Below, in pieces: positions 1-9,323 of a stretch of 64,000 bases of DNA; position 1 is the stretch's first letter, and each line of letters begins with the position of its first letter. The notes beneath the pieces are model-generated. The model made no database searches, had not been told where the DNA came from, and saw only the letters and a list, made by a program, of their open reading frames with translations. The position numbers were made by a program, and so were the translations under genes. The DNA comes from a bacterium (GTDB taxonomy: Bacteria > Chlamydiota > Chlamydiia > Chlamydiales > SM23-39), in the NCBI GenBank assembly GCA_021811265.1, contig JAJZPH010000002.1:14821-78820 (forward strand). The letters run 5' to 3'.

Positions 1-2
1 TT

Positions 3-374
3 ATAAGAGATGCAACAGCTGAAATTCAATCGCAAAATGTTCATTCGCTCAAACAACTTTTTGCTACTAGATTTGTGCAGGTTATAGATCAGAGTGTAAT
101 AAATCAAAGGAAAAGAGCGATGGGATTATTTTTTCGCGAATTTGTTATTTCGAGAAGAATTGGAGAATGTATAGATGAATTAATATCTCTGAGGTATCCA
201 GGAGTTAACAGAGTAACTTATGAACAATATGAGGATATCTTGAAGGAAGTAGATGACAAAGTTCGTCGAGAAAGAGAGCAGGAACAATTTGAAGATGCCC
301 ATGGGGTTAATCGTCCCTTTATTTACGGTCTCGGTGGCATGGTATGCGTGGCTGAGAAAGTCGATAAGTTATAA
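3..374 (+). CDS. hypothetical protein, N-terminus outside window
   Basis: The frame is open from the window edge (no stop from nt 3) to the TAA at 372-374. The ORF track lists the 75-374 part. I recognise no motif. Confidence 0.3.
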   Translation: MRDATAEIQSQNVHSLKQLFATRFVQVIDQSVINQRKRAMGLFFREFVISRRIGECIDELISLRYPGVNRVTYEQYEDILKEVDDKVRREREQEQFEDAHGVNRPFIYGLGGMVCVAEKVDKL

Positions 375-659
375 AGCTTTGTAATATAGACGCAGAAACT
401 CTTCGAAATTACCAGTAGCCTGCCTACAATTGGGGCGCTGCCCCAAGCCCTGGCAAAGGGCAGTCCGCCCTTTGCAAACCCTCTACATTTGCAATAAGAA
501 AAAATTCAAAGAAATTTGCAGATGGGATACCGAAAAGATTTATATGCCCTTCTTTTTTTCAAGGCCTTGTTCTCAGAGAGAAGGCCTTTCTCAAAAAGCA
601 TTGGCCAAAAAAAAGCGGCATCAATCAAGAAAATATCTCTAAAAGCGTAATTTTTTCTC

Positions 660-1637
660 TTATTGCTGGAGTATGTTCTCGGAAGAGAGCACTTGATCGA
701 AGTATTCGATCGTTTTTTCAAGGCCTTGTTCTAGCGTCGTTGTGGGTTGCCAGTGTAAAAAGCTTTGGGCAGCCGAAATGTCGGGCTTGCGTTGTTTGGG
801 ATCGTCAGAAGGTAAATTTTTGAAAATTAAAGAGGATGAGGATCCCGTCAGCTGCAAAACTTTTTCGGCAAGTTCCAAAATGGTAAATTCGGTCGGATTG
901 CCCAGATTCAAGGGTCCTATCAAAGAGGTTTGCGTTTTCATAAAGCCAAGAAAGGCTCTGATCAGATCGTCTACATAACAAAAAGATCTCGTTTGCATCC
1001 CGTCGCCATAGATTGTCAAGGGCTGGTTGGTCAACGCTTGTACGATGAAATTGGAGACCACTCTTCCATCATTGGGATGCATGCGCGGCCCATAGGTATT
1101 GAAAATGCGCGCTACCTTGATCGGAACCTGATGCTGTCTCCAGTAGTCGAAAAAGAGAGTTTCGGCACATCGTTTTCCCTCGTCATAGCAGGAGCGAATG
1201 CCGATTGCATTGACATGCCCCCAGTAACTTTCTTTTTGCGGATGTACTTCGGGATCTCCATACACCTCGCTGGTCGAAGCTTGAAAAATCTTTGCCTTCA
1301 AACGCTTGGCAAGACCTAGTAGATTGAGAGATCCACACACGTTGGTCTTCAAAGTGAAAATGGGATCCGCTTGGTAATGGATGGGAGACGCAGGAGAAGC
1401 TAGATTGTAAATTTCTGCAACTCCTTCTAGGAAAATGGGGGAAGAGATGTCATGTTCCAAAAGGGAAAAATTCTCATGCTTCTGAAAAGAAAGAATGTTT
1501 TTGCGACTGCCCGTGTAGAAATTATCGACACAGATCACATCATGCCCTTCCTTCAAGAGCTCTTCACAGAGATGAGATCCTAGAAAACCTGCACCTCCCG
1601 TCACGAGAACTTTTTTTCGTGCAACAGGTTTCGTCAA
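660..1637 (-). CDS. UDP-glucuronate decarboxylase (UDP-xylose synthase), SDR family
   Basis: 325 aa with a TTG start. Rossmann motif [11 protein letters not shown]. Blocks typical of UXS enzymes: [22 protein letters not shown] (YxxxK), [29 protein letters not shown]. Confidence 0.9.
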   Translation of the reverse strand: MTKPVARKKVLVTGGAGFLGSHLCEELLKEGHDVICVDNFYTGSRKNILSFQKHENFSLLEHDISSPIFLEGVAEIYNLASPASPIHYQADPIFTLKTNVCGSLNLLGLAKRLKAKIFQASTSEVYGDPEVHPQKESYWGHVNAIGIRSCYDEGKRCAETLFFDYWRQHQVPIKVARIFNTYGPRMHPNDGRVVSNFIVQALTNQPLTIYGDGMQTRSFCYVDDLIRAFLGFMKTQTSLIGPLNLGNPTEFTILELAEKVLQLTGSSSSLIFKNLPSDDPKQRKPDISAAQSFLHWQPTTTLEQGLEKTIEYFDQVLSSENILQQ

Positions 1638-1640
1638 AAC

Positions 1641-3788
1641 TCAAACCTCACTTTTTTTCTCAATCAGCATCAATCTATTCTTCTTATCAGAATTTGCCCA
1701 GTCTGTAAATGGCTTTAATTCTAACAAAGTCTCTTTCTCGTAAGTTAGAAGAAGAAAATCGGAAAGAGTCAAAAAGATTTGCGGCTCCATATTCTTTAGG
1801 GAAGAGTCGTTAAACAAAAGAATAGCATCATATTTTTCTTTTAAGCAAGCGATCATTGCACGAAAATTGTGGAGTTCCGAAAGCTGCAAACTGTGGGAGC
1901 TGTTCTCCGCACGCACAAGAAGGTCAAAGCCATCGCACCGCTCAATGCAGCACTGGGGAGATTCCGAGATAGGAGGGCAGAAAACAGCTGCAGGCTCTTT
2001 TCGCACAGATATATCGAATAGCAGGACTTTTTTTCCAATCTGCGATAAGAGATCGGCCAGAGAATGAGAATAATTGGGACCCTCATTTGCAAGAATTGAG
2101 ACGATAAAAGGTTTTTCGCCTCTCTGATTTGTTTCTAAAAAAAATGCGAGCTTCTGCAGGGTTTTCCCATAGGTGCGTTCCGCATCGCGAGAGGCGATGG
2201 GGCCCAAGACAGAAAATCCAAGGTCGAAAAGCCTCTCTCGCGACAGTGGGAAACCTCTCCATGCTCCTTCAAAAAATGCAGTCAAAAAAGCAAGAAAAAA
2301 TCCAAGCACAAGCGATAAGAACAAAGTGCTAGAGAGGGAAAACATTTTTGGCGTCTGCGCTGCAGAGGCAGAGTCAATGGTCTTGGATTCGAGGCCTTGT
2401 AGATGCAAAAGGAGCGTTTTGTTTTCAATATTCTCACTCAGCCTTTCAATGATTTTTAGACCCGTATCTGTCTGCAGACAATCCAGAAGAATTTCCTGAA
2501 GCGTGTGGATCTTTTCTTTGAACATCGCAGATTTTAGCTCTTCTCTGTGCTCAAGCTCATGGAGGTGTTGAAATAATAATTTTTTCTGCACAGCAATTTC
2601 TTCTCCAAAACGCTCTCTTTCTTTTGAAGTATAATTTTTTTCATCTAGCAGATGGAGCGAGAGAAGGGTAACTCTTTTGATCAAGTCTTGGGTTGCAGAG
2701 TCCTCAAAAAGTGTGCTCAGTGCGCTGACTGCAAAATGAGGATCAAACAGCTCTTTTTGCATACGTGCACACTCTTCTTGTTTGAGTTGCGATGCTTCGA
2801 GTAGTTGGGTGTATGCAAAAAAGAGTTTGCGCGCTGTTTCGCCATCCATTTTTTCTTTATCGGGATCTTTTGTGCCATGTGCCTTGTTTGCAAGAAGGTC
2901 TCTTGGCTCTTGCAGCGTCTTTTTCATCTCGGAAGTGAAATGGGCAAGCCTTGATTCTAGATAGGAAATTTGTCCCTCTCCTAACTGTCTGTGCTCTTCT
3001 TGCAGGTAGCTTTCATACTCTTTCATGGTCTGATTGAGAACTTTGATTGCAAGGTTGCGGTCGGGATAAAAAAGAGTCAATTTTAAAAAGGAAGAGTTGT
3101 TTTTGTCGGGAAGAATGGCCATTTTTTTCGCAAGGGCATTTGTTTTGTCGAGCCAGGGATGTAAAACGATGGGAAAGTTTTTGTGCAGTTGCACTTTGCT
3201 GCTTTTTAAATTGAGAGTGAATCGCAGAGAGGGAAGTAGAAGCTCTTTGCCCACGCTGCCATTTGCGAGCACTTCTCCTTTTTTGTCGATCAGATCAAAA
3301 GAGGTCGGTGAATGGAAATAGAGGTAGTAGCTTTCTGCTTGCTCGGAAAGAAAGCAAAGATTGGAAAATGAAAACTCTTCCTCTTCTTTTAATGGAAAAC
3401 CCAAAGCTGCACGAAAGCATGAAATCCAATTTTTTTTATAACGTGAAAGCCAACTGCTCTCTTTTTCCGCTTGCAGACCTAAGCGCTCCACTACTTTCTT
3501 GAGGATCTTTTTGCTCTTCATTAAGGTCGCTGCTTGCATCTCATTTTTGGAAAGGTCAACACCTTCAGGTAGTAAATTTTGGAGCAGGTTCGCAGAGGTT
3601 TTATTCCTCTCCCCCACTTCCTTGAAAAGTGCTTCTGCCTGAAATTGGAGAGGAGATATTCCCCACGAGCTTAGAAAAAAAACAAGCAGGGCAATGCTGA
3701 AAAAAAAAGCCCTTTTTTTTGCAGACCGTAAAAGATAGATGAGATCGGACAAGTAGAGAGCATGATTTTCTGTACAAGAATGTCTCAT
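1641..3788 (-). CDS. Wzc/PCP-2a-like polysaccharide co-polymerase with degenerate C-terminal P-loop (BY-kinase-like) domain
   Basis: N-terminal TM (FFFSIALLVFFLSSWGI), a long coiled-coil periplasmic region and a second TM (LFLSLVLGFFLAFLTAFF). The C-terminal MinD/BY-kinase-like block is FIVSILANEGPNYSH...GKKVLLFDIS...DAILLFNDS. The likely start ATG at 3788 overlaps the upstream stop (ATGA). The track ORF extends to 3878. Confidence 0.65.
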   Translation of the reverse strand: MRHSCTENHALYLSDLIYLLRSAKKRAFFFSIALLVFFLSSWGISPLQFQAEALFKEVGERNKTSANLLQNLLPEGVDLSKNEMQAATLMKSKKILKKVVERLGLQAEKESSWLSRYKKNWISCFRAALGFPLKEEEEFSFSNLCFLSEQAESYYLYFHSPTSFDLIDKKGEVLANGSVGKELLLPSLRFTLNLKSSKVQLHKNFPIVLHPWLDKTNALAKKMAILPDKNNSSFLKLTLFYPDRNLAIKVLNQTMKEYESYLQEEHRQLGEGQISYLESRLAHFTSEMKKTLQEPRDLLANKAHGTKDPDKEKMDGETARKLFFAYTQLLEASQLKQEECARMQKELFDPHFAVSALSTLFEDSATQDLIKRVTLLSLHLLDEKNYTSKERERFGEEIAVQKKLLFQHLHELEHREELKSAMFKEKIHTLQEILLDCLQTDTGLKIIERLSENIENKTLLLHLQGLESKTIDSASAAQTPKMFSLSSTLFLSLVLGFFLAFLTAFFEGAWRGFPLSRERLFDLGFSVLGPIASRDAERTYGKTLQKLAFFLETNQRGEKPFIVSILANEGPNYSHSLADLLSQIGKKVLLFDISVRKEPAAVFCPPISESPQCCIERCDGFDLLVRAENSSHSLQLSELHNFRAMIACLKEKYDAILLFNDSSLKNMEPQIFLTLSDFLLLTYEKETLLELKPFTDWANSDKKNRLMLIEKKSEV

Positions 3789-4834
3789 GGTACAACCACT
3801 CCTACGCTGCCCGCTCCCTTGCTGGCAATTTCCAATCCTGAAAAAGAGGGAAGAAGCTGAGAAATAAAACGGTTCCACTCTGTGATCGGCTTGGAGGCCA
3901 CGTAGATGATATCTCCTGGCATCAAGAGGAGGCTGTCATTGGGAAGATGGATGACGTGTTCCCAACTCAACTGGTAAATTTTTGGCTTTTGAATACTTCC
4001 CCGGATGACAAAAATACAAGATTTATCTCCTGTATAGGGAATTCCCCTCGCTTCTGCAAGGGCTTCCCGAAGAGAAATGTGGCCGCTAGGCACTGCCACC
4101 GATCGTTCGGTTCCCACCTCTCCCATTACCATCACCGTCGCAGCATGATTTTCTGCAATGTAAATCTTGTCGCCGCCGCGCATCACGACATTCTGCGTCA
4201 TGTCACCCTCCTTGAGAAGCTTATAGAGGTCTACGGAGAGCATTTTTCCTTCTCGCACTACATAGCTTTTGAAGAGGTTGGCATCCGAGGGGATTTTTGC
4301 AATCGCAAGAGCATCAAACAGACGTAGCTTCCCATCGACAGCAATATTGCTCACTGCCACCTGCCCCGCAAGCTCAATTTTTTTTACTTTCCTGTCCCGA
4401 AAGCTCACAAAAACTTCTACATTGGAGATAAGAGAATTGTACTCTTTTTGTATTGCGCAAGAGGCCTCTTTTAGTGTAAGACCCTCCACATGAACTGGAG
4501 CAAGATCGGGCACTCTGATCTCGCCGCCCACAACGCGGTATCCTATTTCTCTTCCAATGGTGCGCACTGCCTCCACAAGGTCGGCCCTTGTTGGGTGAAA
4601 AAGAGCAATGTGCAACACATCCTCTTCATGGATGGTATCTTTGTATTCGTCTAAAAGCTCGGGATCAAGTTCGGTATAGGATTTTCCTTCCATCTCTAGA
4701 ATGGAAAACTTGCCTTCGCGGATTTTGTAGGAGTCCAACACAAATTCACTGGCACCAAAACGATCCTTCCCATAGTAGGTAGAGGAGCATCCGAAAAGAA
4801 ATAAAATTGGAGCTAGCAAAAAAACAATGCGCAT
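3785..4834 (-). CDS. wza: Wza-like polysaccharide export outer-membrane lipoprotein
   Basis: Signal peptide plus lipobox (MRIVFLLAPILFLFGC). Poly_export-like block (VLHIALFHP...GGEIRVPDLAPVHVEGLTLKEA) followed by two SLBB-like repeats (GQVAVSNIAVDG..., MGEVGTERSVAVPSG...GDIIYV). The start is taken at the internal Met; the track ORF extends to 4873. Confidence 0.8.
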   Translation of the reverse strand: MRIVFLLAPILFLFGCSSTYYGKDRFGASEFVLDSYKIREGKFSILEMEGKSYTELDPELLDEYKDTIHEEDVLHIALFHPTRADLVEAVRTIGREIGYRVVGGEIRVPDLAPVHVEGLTLKEASCAIQKEYNSLISNVEVFVSFRDRKVKKIELAGQVAVSNIAVDGKLRLFDALAIAKIPSDANLFKSYVVREGKMLSVDLYKLLKEGDMTQNVVMRGGDKIYIAENHAATVMVMGEVGTERSVAVPSGHISLREALAEARGIPYTGDKSCIFVIRGSIQKPKIYQLSWEHVIHLPNDSLLLMPGDIIYVASKPITEWNRFISQLLPSFSGLEIASKGAGSVGVVVP

Positions 4835-4898
4835 ATTGCCTCTTTTCAAAGTTGCAATTTTCTTGTATATCATATAGCTTCTTTAAAGAGAAAAATTC

Positions 4899-5855
4899 AT
4901 GAAACGCGTACTTGTTACTGGATCTGCAGGGTTTATCGGCTTTCATTTGAGCCTTTTTTTGAAAAAGAGCCATGCCCATGTCATTGGTTTTGATAATTTT
5001 AATTCCTACTACGACCCCCATCTCAAAAAAAATCGCGCAAAAATTTTGGAAAAAGAGGGTATACCCGTTATTTCCGGGGATATCAATGATCAACAACTTC
5101 TTCTCTCTATTTTTGAAAGAGAAAAAATTACCCATTGCGTGCACTTAGCGGCACAGGCAGGAGTGCGCCACTCCATGGTGGCTCCCCATGAATATGTGCA
5201 TAGCAACCTATCTGGATTTGTAACACTTTTAGAAGTGTGCCGTCTGTTTCCCCATGTGCGTCTTTTGTTTGCCTCTTCTTCATCTGTCTATGGTTTGAAC
5301 CAAAAGGTTCCTTTTAGTGTAGGTGATCCTACCGAAAAACCTGCCAATCTCTACGGTGCTACAAAAAAGTCCAATGAACTCATTGCACATGCCTACCACC
5401 ATCTCTACAAAATTCCCTTGATTGGCCTGCGCTACTTTACAGTATATGGCCCTTGGGGACGGCCCGACATGGCCTATTTTCTCTTTACGCGCAACATTTT
5501 GGAAGGAAAGCCTATTCCAGTTTTCAATTTTGGAAAGATGAAGCGCGATTTTACCTACATCGATGATATCATTCGCGGCACTGCCGCGGCACTCGATATG
5601 GATGTGGGATTTGACATTTTCAATTTGGGCAACAACAAGCCCATAGCCCTTTTGGAATTTATCACAACATTGGAAGAAGCCCTTGGCAAAAAAGCAGAAA
5701 AACAGATGCTCCCAATGCAAAAGGGAGATGTGTTAGAGACCTGTGCTGATATCTCGAAAAGCCAAAAACAGCTCGGCTTTTTCCCCTCCACCTCGTTAAA
5801 AGAGGGTATTGGTCATTTTGTTGCCTGGTATCGCGATTATTATAAGGTGGAATGA
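4899..5855 (+). CDS. UDP-glucuronate 4-epimerase-like NAD-dependent epimerase
   Basis: VTGSAGFIGFH Rossmann motif, then NFNSYYDP, HLAAQAGVRHS, SSSSVYG, YGATKK (YxxxK), RYFTVYGPWGRPDMA and RDFTYIDD. All are typical of the GalE-family UDP-GlcA/nucleotide-sugar 4-epimerases. Confidence 0.85.
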   Translation: MKRVLVTGSAGFIGFHLSLFLKKSHAHVIGFDNFNSYYDPHLKKNRAKILEKEGIPVISGDINDQQLLLSIFEREKITHCVHLAAQAGVRHSMVAPHEYVHSNLSGFVTLLEVCRLFPHVRLLFASSSSVYGLNQKVPFSVGDPTEKPANLYGATKKSNELIAHAYHHLYKIPLIGLRYFTVYGPWGRPDMAYFLFTRNILEGKPIPVFNFGKMKRDFTYIDDIIRGTAAALDMDVGFDIFNLGNNKPIALLEFITTLEEALGKKAEKQMLPMQKGDVLETCADISKSQKQLGFFPSTSLKEGIGHFVAWYRDYYKVE

Positions 5856-5876
5856 AGCCATCTTCTACAATTGTTT

Positions 5877-7217
5877 TCACGCTTTTTTGACTTCTATGAG
5901 CGACCCCGTCGTGGAAGAGTCTTTCAATAGCTCTACTACTGTTTCTGCTACACATTCAGGTGAGAGAAGCTCTTCTACATCTTCTTCTGGAAAATTGGAC
6001 CTTCTCATAGAGGTGTTGGTTCTTTGTGGAATGAGGGCATTGATGCACAGGTGTGGCTTTTCTTCTGACAAAGCTTGCGTGAAGTTGACGACAGCAGCTT
6101 TTGTGGCAGAATAGATGGATTGATCTTTTCTTCCGCGAAAAAAAGAAGAGGAGGCAATGTTTACGATGTGCCCCTTTTCTTTGATGCGCGCGAGTTTACA
6201 AGAATAGATGAGGCCAAAAAGGTTGACCTGGATCATCTCTTCAATTTCAGAGAGGGAAAGTTCTTCGAGAGATTTTGCTGTCAGCACACCTGCGCTTTGG
6301 ATCAGTCCATCTATGGGCCCATGCTGCCGATGAAAGGAAGAAAAAAAAGATTCGATGCTTTTGGGCTGTGTGAGGTCCATTTGCCAAGGAGAGGAGAGTT
6401 TGGAAACAGAGGTGACGCAAGCTCCCTCTTTTTGTAAAAGAGAAGAAATGGCCCTGCCCATCCCGCCATTTCCGCCAATGAGAAGAAAATGTTTGTTTTT
6501 TAAGCTCGCAGAAGAGGGGGGCAGAATTTTTGGCTGGAGGCGGAGGATCTGTTCTGCGAGGAAGAGGTCGAGCTTAGAGGTGATCTTGATGTTGCTCTCT
6601 TCTCCTGCAACAATAGAGACATTTTTTCCAAGCTCTACAACCAAGCGGCAGTCGTCTGAAACACTGTTCATTTTTTTCTTTAGAGCATGCTCATGCGCTT
6701 CGAGGATGAGCGGATAGGAAAAAGTTTGCGGCGTTTGCCCGCGCAAGAGCCTTTTTCGATCGGGAATAGAGGTGAGGATTTTTTGGTCTTCGGAATAGAT
6801 AATGGTATCGGAGGATGCAACGCAAGTATCTACAGCCCCAAAGTTAAAAGCATGCTCGATATTTTCCAAAAGAATTCTTTGCGAAACGAAGGGGCGCACT
6901 GCGTCGTGGATTAAAACGAGATGGGGATTGGAGCAGTGCAGAAGCCCCAAATAGGAAGATTCTTGTCTAGAAGAGCCGCCTTCGATAATGGAAACAGTGG
7001 GTATTTTTTTTGTCTCTTTTGCTACCGTTTCTTTCCAATCCTTATGGCAAACGAGAAGAATTTCATCGAAAAGACCACTGCGTGCAAGAGCATCTAGGGC
7101 GTACAGATAGACTCTTTTCCCCGATAGGTAGTGGAACTGTTTGGGAAGAGTACTTTGGAAACGAAAACCCAATCCGCCCATCAGCAGAACGGCGCTAATT
7201 TTCTGATTTTTATACAT
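5877..7217 (-). CDS. bifunctional IspD/TarI-like cytidylyltransferase + short-chain dehydrogenase (Bcs1/Acs1-like CDP-ribitol synthase candidate)
   Basis: The N-terminal half has AVLLMGGLGFRF...PKQF and IHDAVRPF (IspD/TarI family). The C-terminal half has LLIGGNGGMGRA (glycine-rich NAD(P) site) and YSATK (YxxxK). Confidence 0.7.
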   Translation of the reverse strand: MYKNQKISAVLLMGGLGFRFQSTLPKQFHYLSGKRVYLYALDALARSGLFDEILLVCHKDWKETVAKETKKIPTVSIIEGGSSRQESSYLGLLHCSNPHLVLIHDAVRPFVSQRILLENIEHAFNFGAVDTCVASSDTIIYSEDQKILTSIPDRKRLLRGQTPQTFSYPLILEAHEHALKKKMNSVSDDCRLVVELGKNVSIVAGEESNIKITSKLDLFLAEQILRLQPKILPPSSASLKNKHFLLIGGNGGMGRAISSLLQKEGACVTSVSKLSSPWQMDLTQPKSIESFFSSFHRQHGPIDGLIQSAGVLTAKSLEELSLSEIEEMIQVNLFGLIYSCKLARIKEKGHIVNIASSSFFRGRKDQSIYSATKAAVVNFTQALSEEKPHLCINALIPQRTNTSMRRSNFPEEDVEELLSPECVAETVVELLKDSSTTGSLIEVKKA

Positions 7218-7513
7218 GCATTTTTTCCGAAGAGAGATCTCGCTAATCTTTTACAATAAATTTCTTCTGAGGATCAAAAGGATTAGTGGACACCTCCCCA
7301 ATCAGTCCTTCTTCAATCATTGTCACCATTTTTGAAAATTATTCATAACTTTTTTCGTGGGCACACGTCATCACGGGTAGATTTTTTAGGAAAAATTCTT
7401 CCAAAATGTTTTTTGGAGGAAAAATTACTTTTTGCTTCGCTGAAAAGCTTTTGTATTGGAAGGCAGAAAAAGAAATTGAGGGAAAAGAAAAGATTCCGTA
7501 GGCTTTTTTTCAT

Positions 7514-7586
7514 GCCTGAATAGCTCAACCGGCAGAGCGGCGCATTCGTAACGCGTAGGTTGGAGGTTCGAGTCCTCTTTCAGGCA
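7514..7586 (+). tRNA. tRNA-Thr (anticodon CGT)
   Basis: Hand-folded 73-nt cloverleaf. Acceptor gcctgaa/ttcaggc, D arm gctc/gagc, anticodon loop ttCGTaa, T arm ggagg-ttcgagt-cctct. Confidence 0.9.
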
Positions 7587-7693
7587 TTTTTTGAAAAAAG
7601 CTTTTTTAAAAAACTTTAAAGAGTCTGATGCATCTTTTCTCTGAAAAAAATCTTGTACAAGCAAGGCCATTTTCTTTCCTTTGTTGAGAAAAA

Positions 7694-8611
7694 TTGCAAA
7701 AGCATTGCGAGAATTCTCAAATCTTGCATGATGAAAAGAACAAAGAGGTTTTTGTGCAGTCGGTTACTTTTCAGGGAAAATCCCTTACATTGGTAGGAAG
7801 AAAAATCCATGTGGGAGATATCGCTCCCAATTTTAGGGTAGTGACCCATGACCTCCAACAAAAGAGTCTTATTGATTTTGAAGGAAAAATCAAAGTGTTA
7901 ACCTCCTTTCCTTCGCTGGACACTTCTGTCTGTGATTTGCAGGTCAAAGAGTTTAATAAAAGAGCAGAAAAATTTTCCCAAGAGGTGGTAATGCTTGCCA
8001 TCAGCAAAGACCTTCCCTTTGCCCAAGCGCGTTTTTGTGCACATTTTGCGATCAAAAATCTTTACGTGCTGTCTGACTACAAAACCTCTTCTTTTGGCAT
8101 CAATTACGGTCTTTTGATCAAAGAGTTGAACCTTCTTGCGAGGTCTGTGATTCTTTTAGATAAAAGTGATCAGGTCCGCTACATCCAAATCGTAGATGAG
8201 CTGTCCCATTCTCCTAACTATGAAGAGGTGATAAAAAATCTTGCCGAAGTGGTTCAAAATCCTATTGCAAGCGAAAAGCCAAGGGAAATAGGACATTGCC
8301 TTCCTTGCGAGGGAAAAGAAGCTGCTCTTTCGAAAGAAAAAATCCAAGAGGCCCTTGCACAAGTAAAGGGGTGGCAGCTTGTGGAGGAGAAGAAGATAAT
8401 AAAAGAGTTTCTTTTTGAAAGTTATGGGGATGCGAAATATTTTCTCGATCTCATTGCTCTTATTGCAGAAGAGCAAAGCCACCATCCCACTTTAACTCTG
8501 ACCTATCGCAAGCTCAAAGTAGTCCTTACGACTCATGCAGCGGCAGGAGTTACGAAAAATGATTTTATCATGGCTAAAATCATTGACTCTTTGCAGAACA
8601 AAGAGGTCTAA
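7694..8611 (+). CDS. fusion protein: thiol peroxidase (Tpx) + pterin-4a-carbinolamine dehydratase (PCD/DCoH)
   Basis: The N-terminal ~170 aa is colinear with Tpx (SFPSLDTSVCDLQ peroxidatic Cys, SKDLPFAQARFC resolving Cys). The C-terminal ~95 aa carries the PCD signature EEQSHHPTLTLTY-x9-H-x8-D. The start is uncertain (TTG 7694 or GTG 7754). Confidence 0.8.
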   Translation: MQKHCENSQILHDEKNKEVFVQSVTFQGKSLTLVGRKIHVGDIAPNFRVVTHDLQQKSLIDFEGKIKVLTSFPSLDTSVCDLQVKEFNKRAEKFSQEVVMLAISKDLPFAQARFCAHFAIKNLYVLSDYKTSSFGINYGLLIKELNLLARSVILLDKSDQVRYIQIVDELSHSPNYEEVIKNLAEVVQNPIASEKPREIGHCLPCEGKEAALSKEKIQEALAQVKGWQLVEEKKIIKEFLFESYGDAKYFLDLIALIAEEQSHHPTLTLTYRKLKVVLTTHAAAGVTKNDFIMAKIIDSLQNKEV

Positions 8612-8634
8612 AACCGGTTAGATCTACTCTTTTC

Positions 8635-9249
8635 CTATTTCTTGCAAAGCTTTGCGGCAATAGTTGCTACATGCTTTCCTTGAAAACGGGCAGCGTTGCG
8701 CTCGTTTTCTGTAGGGCTGCGTTCGTTTTGTGTTCCCGCAATGGTAGACGTTCCATAAGGAGAGCCACCGGTGATTTCTGTGGTGACCATCTGTCCTGGG
8801 TAGGTGTAGGGAAGTCCTACCAGAATCATTCCATGGTGCAGAAGAGTGATGTGAAAGGATAAGATGGTGGATTCCTGCCCTCCATGCTGCGTGCAGCTAC
8901 TGGTAAAAACGCTTCCCACTTTTCCAACAAGCGCTCCTTTTGCCCAAAGCGAACCGGTGGCATCTAAAAATTGTCTCATCTGTCCGCACATATTGCCAAA
9001 ACGAGTGGGTGTGCCAAAACAGATGGCATCATAATGGGAGAGCTCTTCGACACTGCAAACAGGGATATCCTTTATTTTTTTTGCTCCTTCTTCTCCTCCC
9101 ACTTTCTTGATGATTTCTATGGGAAGTGTTTCAGGGACTTTTTTGATATCTACGCTATTTCCAGCAACTTCTTTGGCGCCCAGGGCCATTTCTTTTGCAA
9201 GTTCATAGATGTGCCCGTATTGCGAATGAAACAAAACAAGAGTCTTCAT
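8635..9249 (-). CDS. wrbA: NAD(P)H:quinone oxidoreductase, WrbA type (flavodoxin-like)
   Basis: [13 protein letters not shown] flavodoxin-like start, [10 protein letters not shown], and [10 protein letters not shown]...GGSPYG, all typical of WrbA. Confidence 0.85.
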   Translation of the reverse strand: MKTLVLFHSQYGHIYELAKEMALGAKEVAGNSVDIKKVPETLPIEIIKKVGGEEGAKKIKDIPVCSVEELSHYDAICFGTPTRFGNMCGQMRQFLDATGSLWAKGALVGKVGSVFTSSCTQHGGQESTILSFHITLLHHGMILVGLPYTYPGQMVTTEITGGSPYGTSTIAGTQNERSPTENERNAARFQGKHVATIAAKLCKK

Positions 9250-9323
9250 CACCATTCTCCTTTTTTTTTCTCTTTAATTCTTTTGTAAAAAAAATTCTAT
9301 AGTTTTTTAAAACATACCAGCAA

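Noticed and set aside
430-480. GC-rich island with a 9-bp hairpin (gcaaagggc-agtcc-gccctttgc) downstream of the first ORF
   Set aside because: No T-tract follows on either strand, so it is not a convincing terminator. There is only one copy in the window, so I cannot call it a repeat family.
556-733. 20-nt direct repeat ttttttcaaggccttgttct (near 554-575, and near 714-733 inside the UXS 3' end)
   Set aside because: It is probably a small remnant duplication of the gene's 3' end (the LEQGLEK codons). It is too short to support a pseudogene or regulatory call.
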